Positions 17,905 to 28,635 of a stretch of 64,000 nt of DNA are shown piece by piece. The stretch's first letter is position 1. Every line of letters begins with the position of its first letter. The DNA is from a virus (taxonomy: Duplodnaviria; Caudoviricetes). The position numbers were made by a program, and so were the translations under genes. The DNA is taken from positions 41,963-105,962 of IMG/VR virus record IMGVR_UViG_2711768162_000009; one strand, given 5' to 3'. The notes beneath the pieces were generated by a model, which worked only from the letters and a program-made list of their open reading frames with translations, had not been told where the DNA came from and made no database searches.

Positions 17905-20900
17905 TATTTCGGTAGTGCTGACCCTTGATGATCAGGAGTTCACGGTCGGCATCAAGAATGCCGGCGCCCTCCTGAAGCAGTTCAAGGGGCAGACGCAGAA
18001 GACCGCACAAGGGGTCGAATCACTCGACACCTCTATCGAAGGGCTAATGGGTAAGACGCGAGACCTGACGGTAATCCTCGCGACTGCCCACGCGGCCCTT
18101 CAGACCGTCTACAGCGCTACCCTGGGCTGGCAGAAGGCCATCATGGACGCCGCGGGCGAAATTGAACGCCTCGAAGTCATGATGCGCGGCATGTCTACGG
18201 CCACTACCCAGGCTGAGCGTGACCTGGAGGCAATGGCGGCCTCCAAGTTCATCACCGACTTTGCCCAGAACGCCCCCTTCCGTATGGAGGCGTTAACCGA
18301 CACCTTCGTCAAGTTCAAGACTGTCGGTATCGACCCCACTCAAGGCAGCATGAAAGCGCTGACCGATGCAGTGGCGGCCTTCGGGGGCAACTCAGAAATT
18401 CTGCATCGTGCCTCTATCGCCATCCAGCAGATGGTTGGTAAGGGCGTAGTGTCGATGGAAGAGCTGCGGCAACAGCTCGGTGAAGCAGTGCCCTCAGCCA
18501 TGCAGATCATGGCTCGCTCGATGCGAATGTCCGTCTCCGAGCTGGTTGGTGCAATCGAATCCGGCACCGTCGAGTCCACTTCCGCCATCAACAAGATGCT
18601 GGCCGACATGGCCATTTCTTTCGATGGTGCCGGCATCAGCATGATGACGACCTGGCAAGGCATTCTTCAGTCCCTGGAGACCCGCTGGAAGCTGTTCTTG
18701 AAGGAGATCGCCGGCAGCACCGAGCCAGGCGAAAACAGCTTCTTCAACACAGCCAAAGGCATGGCGGACGAGCTGTCACAGTGGCTCATGAGTTCCGAGG
18801 CCAAGCAGGCGGCTCGCGAGTTGAGCGAGGTGTTCTACACGATGGCTGAGGCCATCAAGACAACCTCTATCGCGCTGTTTGAGAACCGCGAAGCCATCAT
18901 GAGCGTGCTGAAGGTCTTCGCCACCTGGTATGTCCTATCGCGGGCTACTCGTCTGGTCGTGAGCCTGACCTCATCACTGAACAACATGGTCACCACCATG
19001 GGCGGTGCCAAGCAGGCATTGCAGTCCTACCGGGACAACATGGATCGCGCTCGTCAGACCCTGATGCAGTTTGAGGGGCAAGTCGCGTCAGCCACATCAC
19101 GCAAGCAGGCCAATGCTATGGCTGCTCGCACTCTGGCAACGTCCGTAGGTCGAGTCGGGATGGCTTTTGCTGCTCTTGCCGGTCCTATCGGCATGGCGGT
19201 ATCTGCCCTTCTGACCGTCGGCTCGATCCTGTCTGAGATTCGCACGGACACTGACGAGCTGACCGAATCCATTCTCCGCACCAATGGCCTTCTGGCGACC
19301 CAGGGCGACCTGGACACCTTGCGGGAGCGCAAGAAAGCGCTCGAGGGCAACATTGCACGCCAGAACGAGCTGTTGGAAGGCGCCCAGAACGCGACGACCG
19401 GCATCTTCGGCATGTCCGAGGAAGACAAGGCTCGAGACATTGCCAAGGCCCGAGCCGGGCTGGAAGCGCAGTTGGCTGAGATCGAGCAAGTCAATGCGGC
19501 CATCGAAACAGCGGTCGAAGGTCTGTCTGTCCAGGCTTCTGAGCGTGCAGCGTCCAGCATTCAGCGAGTCATGACCGAGAGGACTCGCCAGATTTCTTCC
19601 GTGTTTCGGCAGACCCAGCAAGAGATCGCTGAAGACCTCAAAAACGCCAATGGCGATGCCGGCAAAATGCAGGAGATCACGGAGCGCGCCCTGGCCGCGA
19701 ACGAGCAGGCCCTTCAGTCCAAGCTGGACCTCTTCGGCGATATGCGTCAGAAGGCCCAGCAGGAGCTGCAAAGCCTGGCCTCTGCCGAAGACGAGCTGAG
19801 CGCTCGCCGCCGTGCCGAGCTGGAAACCGAGCTGTCGATCATCAGTGACTTCGAGATCAATGCCAGGGAAGCCGCCGAGCGCTATGCGGAAGCCTATACC
19901 TCGGTCAATGAGTTCGTGGAGAAGCCCTCCACCTCTACCGCCAAGGTGCCGCAGGTCGTCAAAGACTCCCAGCGCGCCCTGGCGCAAATGAGTCGGCTCG
20001 TTGACGGCTTCAGCATCAAGCTCGAACAGGCTCGAGGCAAAGCGTCCGAAACCAACCCGCATCTCGAAGGGCTCATCGAGCGCATTCGTCAACTCCGCGA
20101 AACCATCCGGCCGGAAGAAACCAACGCCTTCGACCAGTTCGCCCAGCAGGCCATCGACAAGGCGGAAGAGCTGTATCAGGTAGAGCAGAAGACCCGCTAC
20201 GAGAAGCAGGGCCAGCAAGCCCTCATGCAAGTGCTCAGTCGCACCGCTTCCTCCCTTCAGGACACCGAAGAAGGTCGGCTGATGCGTATGCGCGTCCAGA
20301 AGGCCGAGCTTTCCCAGCAAGTCGAGAAGTATCAAGAGCTGATCGAGAAGATGCGCGAGTTCGGCGTCGAGCAGGCCGAAATCCAGCAGTTCTCAGACGC
20401 TCTCGCCCAATACCAGACCGCTGCCATGGACGAGATCGTCCGCGAGAACGGCTCTGCCTGGGACCAGCTTATCGCCGACATGGATAACACCAGTCAGGAG
20501 TGGGTGGGCGTATGGCAGAGCGGCATGGATCAAGCCATGGATTCGATGGTCAGCTTCGTGAAGGAAGGGAAGCTGAACTTCTCGGACCTGGTAGACCATG
20601 TGCTCGAAGAGATTCTTCGAATGCAGCTCAAGCAGTCCGTGACCAAACCGCTCAATCAGCTCATGAATACCGGCATCCAAGCCCTATCGACCTACATGGG
20701 CGGCGGGGCCGGTGCCACCAGCTACGGCGGGTTGTTCGGCGGGTCTCTCCAGACGACCGCCAGTGCGAACGGCAACGTCATGACAGAGTTCGGCCCGGCT
20801 CAACTCAACCGCTATGCCAATGGCGGCATCGCTCGCAGCCCGCAAGTGTCGCTCTTCGGCGAGGGCTCTCGCCCAGAAGCCTACGTGCCGCTGCCTGACG

Positions 20901-21103
20901 GCCGGACTATCCCCGTCACCATGCAGGGAGGCCAGCAGGCGCCAAACATCATGTTCAATGTCGTCAACCAATCAGGGCAGGACGTCGAGGCCCAGCAGCA
21001 AGGGGGCCGATTCGATGGCGAAACCTACGTGCTGGATGTGGTGCTCAAGGCCGCCAACCGCCCTGGCAACTTCCGTGATGGACTCAAAGGGGCTCTTGCC
21101 TGA
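17891..21103 (+). CDS. Tape measure protein
   Basis: ~1070 aa helical; QQMVGKGVVSMEELRQQLGE tape-measure motif; C-terminal YANGGI...GEGSRPEAYVPL. Confidence 0.95.
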   Translation: MDRDDISVVLTLDDQEFTVGIKNAGALLKQFKGQTQKTAQGVESLDTSIEGLMGKTRDLTVILATAHAALQTVYSATLGWQKAIMDAAGEIERLEVMMRGMSTATTQAERDLEAMAASKFITDFAQNAPFRMEALTDTFVKFKTVGIDPTQGSMKALTDAVAAFGGNSEILHRASIAIQQMVGKGVVSMEELRQQLGEAVPSAMQIMARSMRMSVSELVGAIESGTVESTSAINKMLADMAISFDGAGISMMTTWQGILQSLETRWKLFLKEIAGSTEPGENSFFNTAKGMADELSQWLMSSEAKQAARELSEVFYTMAEAIKTTSIALFENREAIMSVLKVFATWYVLSRATRLVVSLTSSLNNMVTTMGGAKQALQSYRDNMDRARQTLMQFEGQVASATSRKQANAMAARTLATSVGRVGMAFAALAGPIGMAVSALLTVGSILSEIRTDTDELTESILRTNGLLATQGDLDTLRERKKALEGNIARQNELLEGAQNATTGIFGMSEEDKARDIAKARAGLEAQLAEIEQVNAAIETAVEGLSVQASERAASSIQRVMTERTRQISSVFRQTQQEIAEDLKNANGDAGKMQEITERALAANEQALQSKLDLFGDMRQKAQQELQSLASAEDELSARRRAELETELSIISDFEINAREAAERYAEAYTSVNEFVEKPSTSTAKVPQVVKDSQRALAQMSRLVDGFSIKLEQARGKASETNPHLEGLIERIRQLRETIRPEETNAFDQFAQQAIDKAEELYQVEQKTRYEKQGQQALMQVLSRTASSLQDTEEGRLMRMRVQKAELSQQVEKYQELIEKMREFGVEQAEIQQFSDALAQYQTAAMDEIVRENGSAWDQLIADMDNTSQEWVGVWQSGMDQAMDSMVSFVKEGKLNFSDLVDHVLEEILRMQLKQSVTKPLNQLMNTGIQALSTYMGGGAGATSYGGLFGGSLQTTASANGNVMTEFGPAQLNRYANGGIARSPQVSLFGEGSRPEAYVPLPDGRTIPVTMQGGQQAPNIMFNVVNQSGQDVEAQQQGGRFDGETYVLDVVLKAANRPGNFRDGLKGALA

Positions 21104-21483
21104 TGGAATACTTGACCATGCCCAACTTTGGGCTCAACGACGCCACCACCAAAGAGGACTCTTCAAAGTTCTCCGAGACCACTGAGAGCAACGCTGTCGA
21201 GCAGAAATCCGAAGGCGGGTATTCGATTACCCGCCCCCGCTTCAAGCAGAGGCGCCGGCGCATCTTTTCGACGGCGTTCACCAACCTCACTGAAGACCAG
21301 AAGAACGAGCTGCAAGCCTTCGAAGAGTCGATGGGCGGCGTCATCAGCCCGTTCTACTACCGGCACCCCCAGACCAATGAGCTTCATCTGGTTCAGTTCA
21401 AAGAGCCGCTGAAGTTCACTTACAGGGGAATGGGGCCGACCCGTCGGTGGGACGTCGATAGCATCAAGCTGAGGGAGGTCTGA
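21103..21483 (+). CDS. Distal tail protein (lambda gpM-like position)
   Basis: 126 aa coupled to tape measure; GGY...RPRF, FYYRHP. Confidence 0.65.
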   Translation: MEYLTMPNFGLNDATTKEDSSKFSETTESNAVEQKSEGGYSITRPRFKQRRRRIFSTAFTNLTEDQKNELQAFEESMGGVISPFYYRHPQTNELHLVQFKEPLKFTYRGMGPTRRWDVDSIKLREV

Positions 21484-21484
21484 T

Positions 21485-22111
21485 ATGGCGATGCATCACT
21501 CGATCGCTACCGTGATCGACTCACACCGGATCGCATCTCTAAACGCCTTCGTGCCAATGCTGGTCGTGGAAGTTATCGACCACCGCACGGGTGAAGTGGT
21601 GGATACGCTGAGGGTCTGCCGAAATGGCAACGAGGACATTACTTACCAGGGTCAGCTCTATGCCACCACGGACTTCGACCTCACGGAGACCAATGAGGTG
21701 GATCGCCCTTCCGAGGTGACGCTCTCGTTCTTCGACCGCACTGGTGTCGTGACTCGCTACATGCAGATGTATCGCGGCGGCGTTGGCTTCAAGGTCCGCC
21801 TGTTCTTCCTGAACACCGGCAACATGGATCAGCCGCCCGAGTTCGAGACGACCTACACTGTGCGGACCTCAAGCGCGGACACCAGCTCCTATCGGGTGAG
21901 CTTCACCCTGGGTATGGAAAACCCTTTGGCCTTGCGCGTGCCTCGGAGAACCCAGCGCAAAGACCGTTGCCAGTGGCGTTACAAGGGGCCGGAGTGCCGA
22001 TACACCGGCAGCCTACGCACCTGTGACTACTCGCTCCAGGGACCAAATGGCTGCGCCGCTCATCACAACGAAGAGAACTTCGGCGCATTCCCCGGCATTA
22101 ACCCGGCCTGA
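21485..22111 (+). CDS. Minor tail protein L-like
   Basis: C-terminal CQWRYKGPECRYTG...CDY...C...NFGAFPG cysteine pattern. Confidence 0.8.
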   Translation: MAMHHSIATVIDSHRIASLNAFVPMLVVEVIDHRTGEVVDTLRVCRNGNEDITYQGQLYATTDFDLTETNEVDRPSEVTLSFFDRTGVVTRYMQMYRGGVGFKVRLFFLNTGNMDQPPEFETTYTVRTSSADTSSYRVSFTLGMENPLALRVPRRTQRKDRCQWRYKGPECRYTGSLRTCDYSLQGPNGCAAHHNEENFGAFPGINPA

Positions 22112-22123
22112 TATACTAAGTAA

Positions 22124-22582
22124 ATGGTTACTTACACTGATCTATTGAACGCACGCTTCCAATACAACGCTCGTGGCGAGAACAACCGCTACGACTGTTA
22201 CGGGCTTTGCATGGAAGTGTCCCGGCGAATGGGCAGAGAGCTACCTGAAATCCTCACACCCCGCGGCTTCCTGAATATGCAGGAGCTGCTGGTAGAGGAA
22301 ACCGAGAACGGTGTCAGGTGGCGGCCAATCCCGCCCTCCGAGGGCGAATGGGGAGTGATCCAGGGTCAGCCAAGGGTTGGCCCTCCCCTCGACTACGGCA
22401 TCAAAGAGGGGGCGATTGCCTACTTCCGCGTCAAGGGTCTCTTGGCGCATGTCGGCATCGTGGTGGCACCCGACACCTTCATTCACGCCTGGGAGCAGAC
22501 TGGGGGCGTGTGCGTCGAGAGATTGACCCTGTGGAAATCCCGTTTGGTGGGCCTGTATGAGCACAAAGCTGATCCCTGTTGA
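22124..22582 (+). CDS. NlpC/P60-family tail tip protein (gpK-like)
   Basis: YDCYGL catalytic Cys; HVGI...FIHA. Confidence 0.85.
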   Translation: MVTYTDLLNARFQYNARGENNRYDCYGLCMEVSRRMGRELPEILTPRGFLNMQELLVEETENGVRWRPIPPSEGEWGVIQGQPRVGPPLDYGIKEGAIAYFRVKGLLAHVGIVVAPDTFIHAWEQTGGVCVERLTLWKSRLVGLYEHKADPC

Positions 22583-25500
22583 GGCGATCGAGGAAGAGAA
22601 GTTCGTCAACCTCCTGGTCGTCTACAACGCCCTGAACATGACGGATCGCCAAGAGGCGAAGCTGTCGTATCAACGTGGCAAAAGCCTCGAGCAGTTTCTT
22701 GAAGGGCTGCCTGAGCCTGAGCTTTGGTCGATCTGCGTCAACGCCGAACCCTATGCCCCGGATGAGTGGCGTTCGGTCTACCCGCAGCCCAACGACTACA
22801 TCACTGTCATCCCCATTCCCTACGGGGGCGGCGACAGCAAAGGCGTCCTTCGTATCGTCGCAATGGTAGCGATCGCCATTGTGGCTCCCTACGCGGGCGG
22901 AGCTATGGCTGCTGCTATGGGCGGCACGGCGACCGGAGCCCTGGCAACCGGTCTGACGGCAGCCTTTACCGTTGTGGGCGGTATGTTGGTCAACTCCATC
23001 CTCCCGCCGCCTACCGCGTCGTCCAACAACAAGACCGACCTGGCCGAGTCGTCCACCTACGGCATCGACGGCGCCAAGAATACCCAAACCGAAGACACCA
23101 TCGTTCCGCTGATCTATGGCGAATATCGCTACTTCGGTAACTACGTGAACGTGAAGAGCGAGAATCGGGGCAACACCCAGATGATCTACGCTCAGTCCGT
23201 GGTGTCAGAAGGCCCCATCGAGTCGATCACTGACTTTCAGATCGAAGAGCAGCCAGCCTCCAACTACGATGACGTCAGCACCGTCGTTCGACTGGGAGAC
23301 AGCACCCAAGCCCCCACCGGCTGGTTTGCCTCTACTGTTGAGATGCAGAACAAGGGCATCACCCTCTCCACCAACTGGACCGAGCACACCACTGTTGGCG
23401 AGATCGACGGCTTCCGGATGGACTACGTGCTCCCGCAAGGTCTGAGCAACATTGATGACAAGGATGGCGATCGCGAGCATCGCTCGGTCACCATCGAGAT
23501 CCAATACCGCAAAGAAGGTGAATCGACCTGGAAGAGCGTCTTTCCCTCGCAATACCGGGAATTCACTGGCAGTCGGCTACCCGCTGGCTCCACCGCCCTT
23601 CGCGTCGAATACAGCCAGAACTTCCGTGGCACTACCCCACGCAAGATCACCGGCAAGCTGTATGTGCGCGTTGCCGGCGGCTCGTGGCAGCTCAAGGAGA
23701 CCATTTCCCGCACCCTGCCCATGTCTAGCGGCTATGGGCATCTTGGGGGCGTGTCCTATGTCGCCCTCTCCGACACCAGCACCTGGGACTACAAAATTGA
23801 GTGGTCAGGCGCGAGCCCAACGGTCACAGCATCCGCTCGCTACCAGTTGAGCCCGACTATCCGTGAGCGAACCAGTCAGCCCCTTCGCCGCTCCTTCGAG
23901 TCAGGCGTGCTGCCAGAAGGTCGCTACTTGATCCGAACCCGCCGGACCAACAACGAGGCAAAGTCTGACTACGCCTACGACAAGGTGGTGCTGTCCGATG
24001 TGGCGGAGATCATCAGCGAGCGCGTTCGGTATAACTACACGGCGTTCTTCGGAGTGCGGGTCAAGCTGACCGACCAGCTTTCCAACCTCCCGAAGATGAG
24101 TGCCAAGATCAAGGGCATCAAGGTGCCTCACTACGACGTGGCCGGCCGCCTGGTGAAGCGCGCATGGTCAGCCAATCCGGCCTGGATCACTGCCGACCTT
24201 CTGACGAACACCCGCTATGGCGCTGGGCTGCCGGCCTCTCGCCTGGACATGCCAAAGTTCGTGGAGTGGGCCGCGTTCTGTGATCAGAAGAAGTATTACT
24301 TCAACGGGGTGCTCGACACGTTCTCCAACGTCTGGGATGCCTGCCAGAAAGTGCTTCGCGTCGGTCACGCCCGCTTCACTTCGATTGGCAACATCCTGAG
24401 TTTGGCGATCTACAAGCCCGCTCAACCGATGATGATGTTTGGCACCGGCAACATCCTCGAAGGGTCGCTGTCGCTGAGCTGGCAGTCCATTGAGGACCGA
24501 TCCAACGAGTTCGAGATTGAGTTCTACGACCGCGAGAACGCCAACAAGCAAAGCACCGTGCGGGTAGCCGACGAAGAGGCTTTGGCGCGTGGTGAGGTCC
24601 AGCGAATCTCCACCACCCGAATGATCGGTATCGACAACCAGAAGCAGGCGCTTCACGAGGCCCACTTCCAGAAGGCGCTGAACCAGGCACTCGTCATGTC
24701 GGGTAAGTTCGATGCAAGTATCGAGTCGATTGCCTGTGGCGTTGGTGACGTAGTGCTGCTTCAGCACGACATGCCTGAGTGGGGTGAGTCTGGTCGTCTG
24801 CGTCCTGGGTCCACCCGCTCCGAGGTCATCGTGGATAGGCCGCTGACTATCGCGAGCGAACCAGAGGCTCATTCGCTCATGGTGATCCACCCGGCCATCA
24901 AGCGCGCCGAGGGCACGGTAGGCTCGGTAAACGGGTCCACCATCTTCATCAGTGCCGGCGGCACGAGCCACAAGTTCAAGCGAGTGAAGGTGGCCGGCAA
25001 AGACATTCGCGTCATCGACGCCTCTCCGTCTGGAGCCTATATCGAGACGGTCCTCGAGACGACCGCCGGCATCTCAAGCGGCGATACGATAGAGCTGTGG
25101 GACGTCAACGTGATCGAATCGCGTCGCATCAGCGCCTACGATTCCGACGCCAGCACGGTGACGCTCGCCGGTCCTCTGTCTGTCGATCCCATGGATTTCG
25201 CCAACTACATGATCGGCATCACCGATGCTGAGGCGAAGCCCGTGACCATCACCGGCATCAACGGCTCCGGTGACTACAAGCGAACCATCAGCTTCGTGGA
25301 ATACAACGAGACAATCTTCACCCCGGAGAACGTCGAAGAAACACCCATCTACACCAAGCCGGTGACAGGTGTTCAGCACGTTCGCGACCTGCTCGTGAGA
25401 GAAGAGCTGACCATCCGAGGCGGTGGGATCGAAACCGACATCCTGGTGGCCTGGACGCCTCCGGCAGATGGTAACTACGCCGGTGCACACGTCTACCTGT

Positions 25501-27008
25501 CACGCAACAACTCCAGCATGGTCAAGGTCGGTTCGGCATTTGCAGGAGCCACCAGCTATACCACAACGGGCCGTATCGGAGATGACCTCACGTTCAAGGT
25601 TGTCGCCTACGACGGCGCAGGGCGCAGTGCCAACTTCGATACCGCTCCGACCTGGATGCATCTCGTCGAGGGCGCATCGGCACCGCCCAAGCAAGTGACC
25701 AACTTCAAGGTCGAGAAGGGCCTTGGCGGCATCGAGTTTACCTGGGACCGCTCGACCGAAATCGACGTCACCGGATTCGAGATTCGCGAGGGCGTCAGTT
25801 GGGGTGCGGGCGTCGCGATTGTCGAGGACTACTCGGGCAACCGCTTCTTTACCACCAAGAAGCAAGGCGGTCTCTACACCTACCACATCAAGGCCACGGA
25901 CGCCCTGGGCAACCAATCCGACGAGGCGGCAACCGCAGTGCTGATGCTGCCGGCTCCCTCTATCGTCGTCGGGTTCGCGTCGGTGCAGAACGGCGATCAG
26001 CTTGTCCTTCAGTGGCGCAAGAACCCTGAGATCGACGTGGTGGGCTATGAAGTTCGTCAGGGGTCGAGCTGGGCCAACTCGAAGCACGTCGCCTATGTGT
26101 CCGGCACGTCCCTGACGATTCCTGCCGGCGCCTCGGCTACCGAGTCGTATCTGATCAAGGCATATGACTCCGCAGGGGTGGAATCGGTCGCCGCGGCTCG
26201 CGTGGATCAGGCGGTATTCAGGAGCCAGACCTACAACGCCATCTTCTCGCTGGACGCTACCGATCTGGACTACCCCGGCCACTACATCAATCTGACTCAG
26301 GTAGGAGGCCGCCTGGAAGGTGCAGGCTCAGGCGAATTCTTCGAATACCTCCAGCCCATCGAGATGCCTAAGCGCTTCAATGCGACGCTGACCACTCAAG
26401 AGATCGTCGCAATCAAGTCCACGGCATCCCGCACCTGGAAAGACATGAACTTCCCCTGGTTCTCGTCCCAGGCCAAGACCCCCTGGTTTCCAACCGAGGA
26501 AAGTGACGATCTGGTGCTGGATAAGCAATTGACGCTTTACACCGGCCCGAGCGCGATCGACCAGTGTGCGTGGACCCTGGAGGACGCAAGCTCATCCCCG
26601 GCCTACGGAACTGGCTCTCTAACAGCCAGCAACGTGTCTCAGAGCGTCGGTCGCTTCGGATATGGGCAACGAGTCACTTCAGGCTCTTCCGTCCTCGAGG
26701 CGAGCGTTCAGGGCGAAATTGCATCGTGGTGGGTGAAGTATGAAGCTGGTGACGAGCTGGGCCGACTGGTGGGTGAGTCAGGAAGTGCCACCATCCGAGT
26801 TACTGACGGCGCCCTGCGTCTCGAGTCAGGCCAAACTGCTCTTCAACCGACAGAACTGACACTGAAGGCCGGCCATCACTACTTCGTCGTCGGCGCGGTC
26901 GTGGGAGGCCGAGTCAAGGCGTTCGTGGCCTGCCTTGAGACCGAAGTGACTGTTGAAGTGGTGCTGGAGCAGGACATTGGCGCCTTGAGCGCTGTAAAAC
27001 TTGCCTGA
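22557..27008 (+). CDS. Central tail tip / host-specificity protein (gpI+gpJ-like fusion)
   Basis: 1483 aa; VPLIYGE, VSEGPI, WSANPAW...RYGAG, FnIII-like repeats. Confidence 0.9.
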   Translation: MSTKLIPVEAIEEEKFVNLLVVYNALNMTDRQEAKLSYQRGKSLEQFLEGLPEPELWSICVNAEPYAPDEWRSVYPQPNDYITVIPIPYGGGDSKGVLRIVAMVAIAIVAPYAGGAMAAAMGGTATGALATGLTAAFTVVGGMLVNSILPPPTASSNNKTDLAESSTYGIDGAKNTQTEDTIVPLIYGEYRYFGNYVNVKSENRGNTQMIYAQSVVSEGPIESITDFQIEEQPASNYDDVSTVVRLGDSTQAPTGWFASTVEMQNKGITLSTNWTEHTTVGEIDGFRMDYVLPQGLSNIDDKDGDREHRSVTIEIQYRKEGESTWKSVFPSQYREFTGSRLPAGSTALRVEYSQNFRGTTPRKITGKLYVRVAGGSWQLKETISRTLPMSSGYGHLGGVSYVALSDTSTWDYKIEWSGASPTVTASARYQLSPTIRERTSQPLRRSFESGVLPEGRYLIRTRRTNNEAKSDYAYDKVVLSDVAEIISERVRYNYTAFFGVRVKLTDQLSNLPKMSAKIKGIKVPHYDVAGRLVKRAWSANPAWITADLLTNTRYGAGLPASRLDMPKFVEWAAFCDQKKYYFNGVLDTFSNVWDACQKVLRVGHARFTSIGNILSLAIYKPAQPMMMFGTGNILEGSLSLSWQSIEDRSNEFEIEFYDRENANKQSTVRVADEEALARGEVQRISTTRMIGIDNQKQALHEAHFQKALNQALVMSGKFDASIESIACGVGDVVLLQHDMPEWGESGRLRPGSTRSEVIVDRPLTIASEPEAHSLMVIHPAIKRAEGTVGSVNGSTIFISAGGTSHKFKRVKVAGKDIRVIDASPSGAYIETVLETTAGISSGDTIELWDVNVIESRRISAYDSDASTVTLAGPLSVDPMDFANYMIGITDAEAKPVTITGINGSGDYKRTISFVEYNETIFTPENVEETPIYTKPVTGVQHVRDLLVREELTIRGGGIETDILVAWTPPADGNYAGAHVYLSRNNSSMVKVGSAFAGATSYTTTGRIGDDLTFKVVAYDGAGRSANFDTAPTWMHLVEGASAPPKQVTNFKVEKGLGGIEFTWDRSTEIDVTGFEIREGVSWGAGVAIVEDYSGNRFFTTKKQGGLYTYHIKATDALGNQSDEAATAVLMLPAPSIVVGFASVQNGDQLVLQWRKNPEIDVVGYEVRQGSSWANSKHVAYVSGTSLTIPAGASATESYLIKAYDSAGVESVAAARVDQAVFRSQTYNAIFSLDATDLDYPGHYINLTQVGGRLEGAGSGEFFEYLQPIEMPKRFNATLTTQEIVAIKSTASRTWKDMNFPWFSSQAKTPWFPTEESDDLVLDKQLTLYTGPSAIDQCAWTLEDASSSPAYGTGSLTASNVSQSVGRFGYGQRVTSGSSVLEASVQGEIASWWVKYEAGDELGRLVGESGSATIRVTDGALRLESGQTALQPTELTLKAGHHYFVVGAVVGGRVKAFVACLETEVTVEVVLEQDIGALSAVKLA

Positions 27009-27041
27009 TATACTAAGTAACCACTTACTTAGGATGCGGAC

Positions 27042-27503
27042 ATGAACCTGACAGGAGTGATTTCGGACCTGAAGGTCATGACCGGAAGCGCTTTGCCAAG
27101 CTCGAACGCTCTTCAAAACATGTTCGAGTCAAGCGCACCGCCGGGGTATGACGGGTTTCGGCCCTACATCCCCGGCTACTACGACTTCCAGAAAGCCATT
27201 TTCCGCCACGCCGTCCGGGCCAAGACAGGAACGCCAATTCTGTCTGGCCTGGAATTCACAGCTGATATGCCGGATGTGGTGGACAGAGGCCAGGCAAGCG
27301 TAGAAGCCGGTCAGCTCAAGCAGGTCTATTTCGGCAAGCGATTCACCGTCCCGCCAGAGATCGGTCACACCGTCATCGCTGCAAACGAGTATTGCACCGT
27401 GCGTCTGAACGAGATCAATGAAACGGGATTCATCTTCCACATGGTCAATGCCGCCAACGAGAAGGTTGCCGGCACGATCTCTTGGAGCGCTACAGGTTAC
27501 TAG
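27042..27503 (+). CDS. Tail tip accessory protein
   Basis: D+PD..DRG...F...P...ISWSATGY pattern of fibre-anchor domains. Confidence 0.6.
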   Translation: MNLTGVISDLKVMTGSALPSSNALQNMFESSAPPGYDGFRPYIPGYYDFQKAIFRHAVRAKTGTPILSGLEFTADMPDVVDRGQASVEAGQLKQVYFGKRFTVPPEIGHTVIAANEYCTVRLNEINETGFIFHMVNAANEKVAGTISWSATGY

Positions 27504-27506
27504 ACC

Positions 27507-28379
27507 ATGCAAAGATATACGGACATTGATGAAAACACGGAGGTCGAGGACAGCCGCCAGCTTCTGCTGGACAACGACATGACCTCGATTACCAACAACT
27601 CGGGCGTCTCGTTTCCTGCCTACGCAGAGGCCGGGACGGCGTGCTATCGACTCGACCACGACCGGCTCTACATCAAGCGGGTCAACGGCGAGTGGCGAAT
27701 GATTGCAGACGCTGCGCAAACAGCTCTGACGCGGGAGGAAGCTGACCAGCGCTACTCCGACATTAACCACAACCACGATACGGCCTACGCTCCACGCCAG
27801 AGCCCGAATCGACCTGGCATCACGAAGCTGTATCGCAGTGACGCCGACTCCGGCTACAACGTCCAAACGACCTGGACCGGCACCTACTGGAAGCTCTACG
27901 GCTACAACGGCGACTCGGCACATGCCGGGTGCTTGGTCGACCGGGCTAACTCCGCCAGTTCCGCCGACAACGCCTCGAAGCTGAACGGCCTGTCTGCTGG
28001 CAACTACCTGCGCAGTAACACCAACTCGACCTTCACTGCCTCGCTGACGGTCAACGGCAACTTGACGGTCAAGAGCAGCCTGACGGTTTCTCGCGACATC
28101 ACCTCATCCTCGGATGCCCGCCTTAAGCGGGACATTGCCACCCTCGAGGACGCCACGCAGAAAGTGAAACAGCTCCGTGGCGTCAGCTACGTGATGAAAA
28201 GCTCAGGCGAGAAAGGCATTGGCTTCGTCGCCCAGGAGCTTCAAAAGGTAGTCCCCGACGTGGTGCGCATCGGTGAAGACAAAAAGCTCTCCGTTGCCTA
28301 CGGCAACATCACTGCCCTGCTGACCGAGGCGTTGAAAGACGTCATTTCGCGTATCGAGAAGCTGGAGGCTGCGGCATGA
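27507..28379 (+). CDS. Tail fibre with C-terminal intramolecular chaperone (peptidase S74)
   Basis: SSDARLKRDI...LRGVSY...IGFVAQELQKVVPDVV...LLTEALK. Confidence 0.9.
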   Translation: MQRYTDIDENTEVEDSRQLLLDNDMTSITNNSGVSFPAYAEAGTACYRLDHDRLYIKRVNGEWRMIADAAQTALTREEADQRYSDINHNHDTAYAPRQSPNRPGITKLYRSDADSGYNVQTTWTGTYWKLYGYNGDSAHAGCLVDRANSASSADNASKLNGLSAGNYLRSNTNSTFTASLTVNGNLTVKSSLTVSRDITSSSDARLKRDIATLEDATQKVKQLRGVSYVMKSSGEKGIGFVAQELQKVVPDVVRIGEDKKLSVAYGNITALLTEALKDVISRIEKLEAAA

Positions 28380-28627
28380 GCTACAAGATCGGCGGCACGA
28401 CCGTCATCGACAACAACGGCGAGATCGACTGGGGCCGCCTCAAAAACATCAAGGCGGTGATGGGGTCTTCGAGCAACTACACCAAGACCCATAACTGTGG
28501 TGACAAGCTGACAAGCATTAGCGGTCCCAAGCTGGAGCGAACCGGCAACAACCTTCGCATTCGCTACGACAGGTATTACGGCGACTGCAATTGCAACTGT
28601 AACTGCAACTGCCTGTGCCGAGACTGA
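28376..28627 (+). CDS. Cys/Asn-repeat small protein; candidate fibre-tip protein and radical SAM substrate
   Basis: 83 aa, ATGA overlap with fibre gene, ends DCNCNCNCNCLCRD. Confidence 0.8.
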   Translation: MSYKIGGTTVIDNNGEIDWGRLKNIKAVMGSSSNYTKTHNCGDKLTSISGPKLERTGNNLRIRYDRYYGDCNCNCNCNCLCRD

Positions 28628-28635
28628 GGTGACGC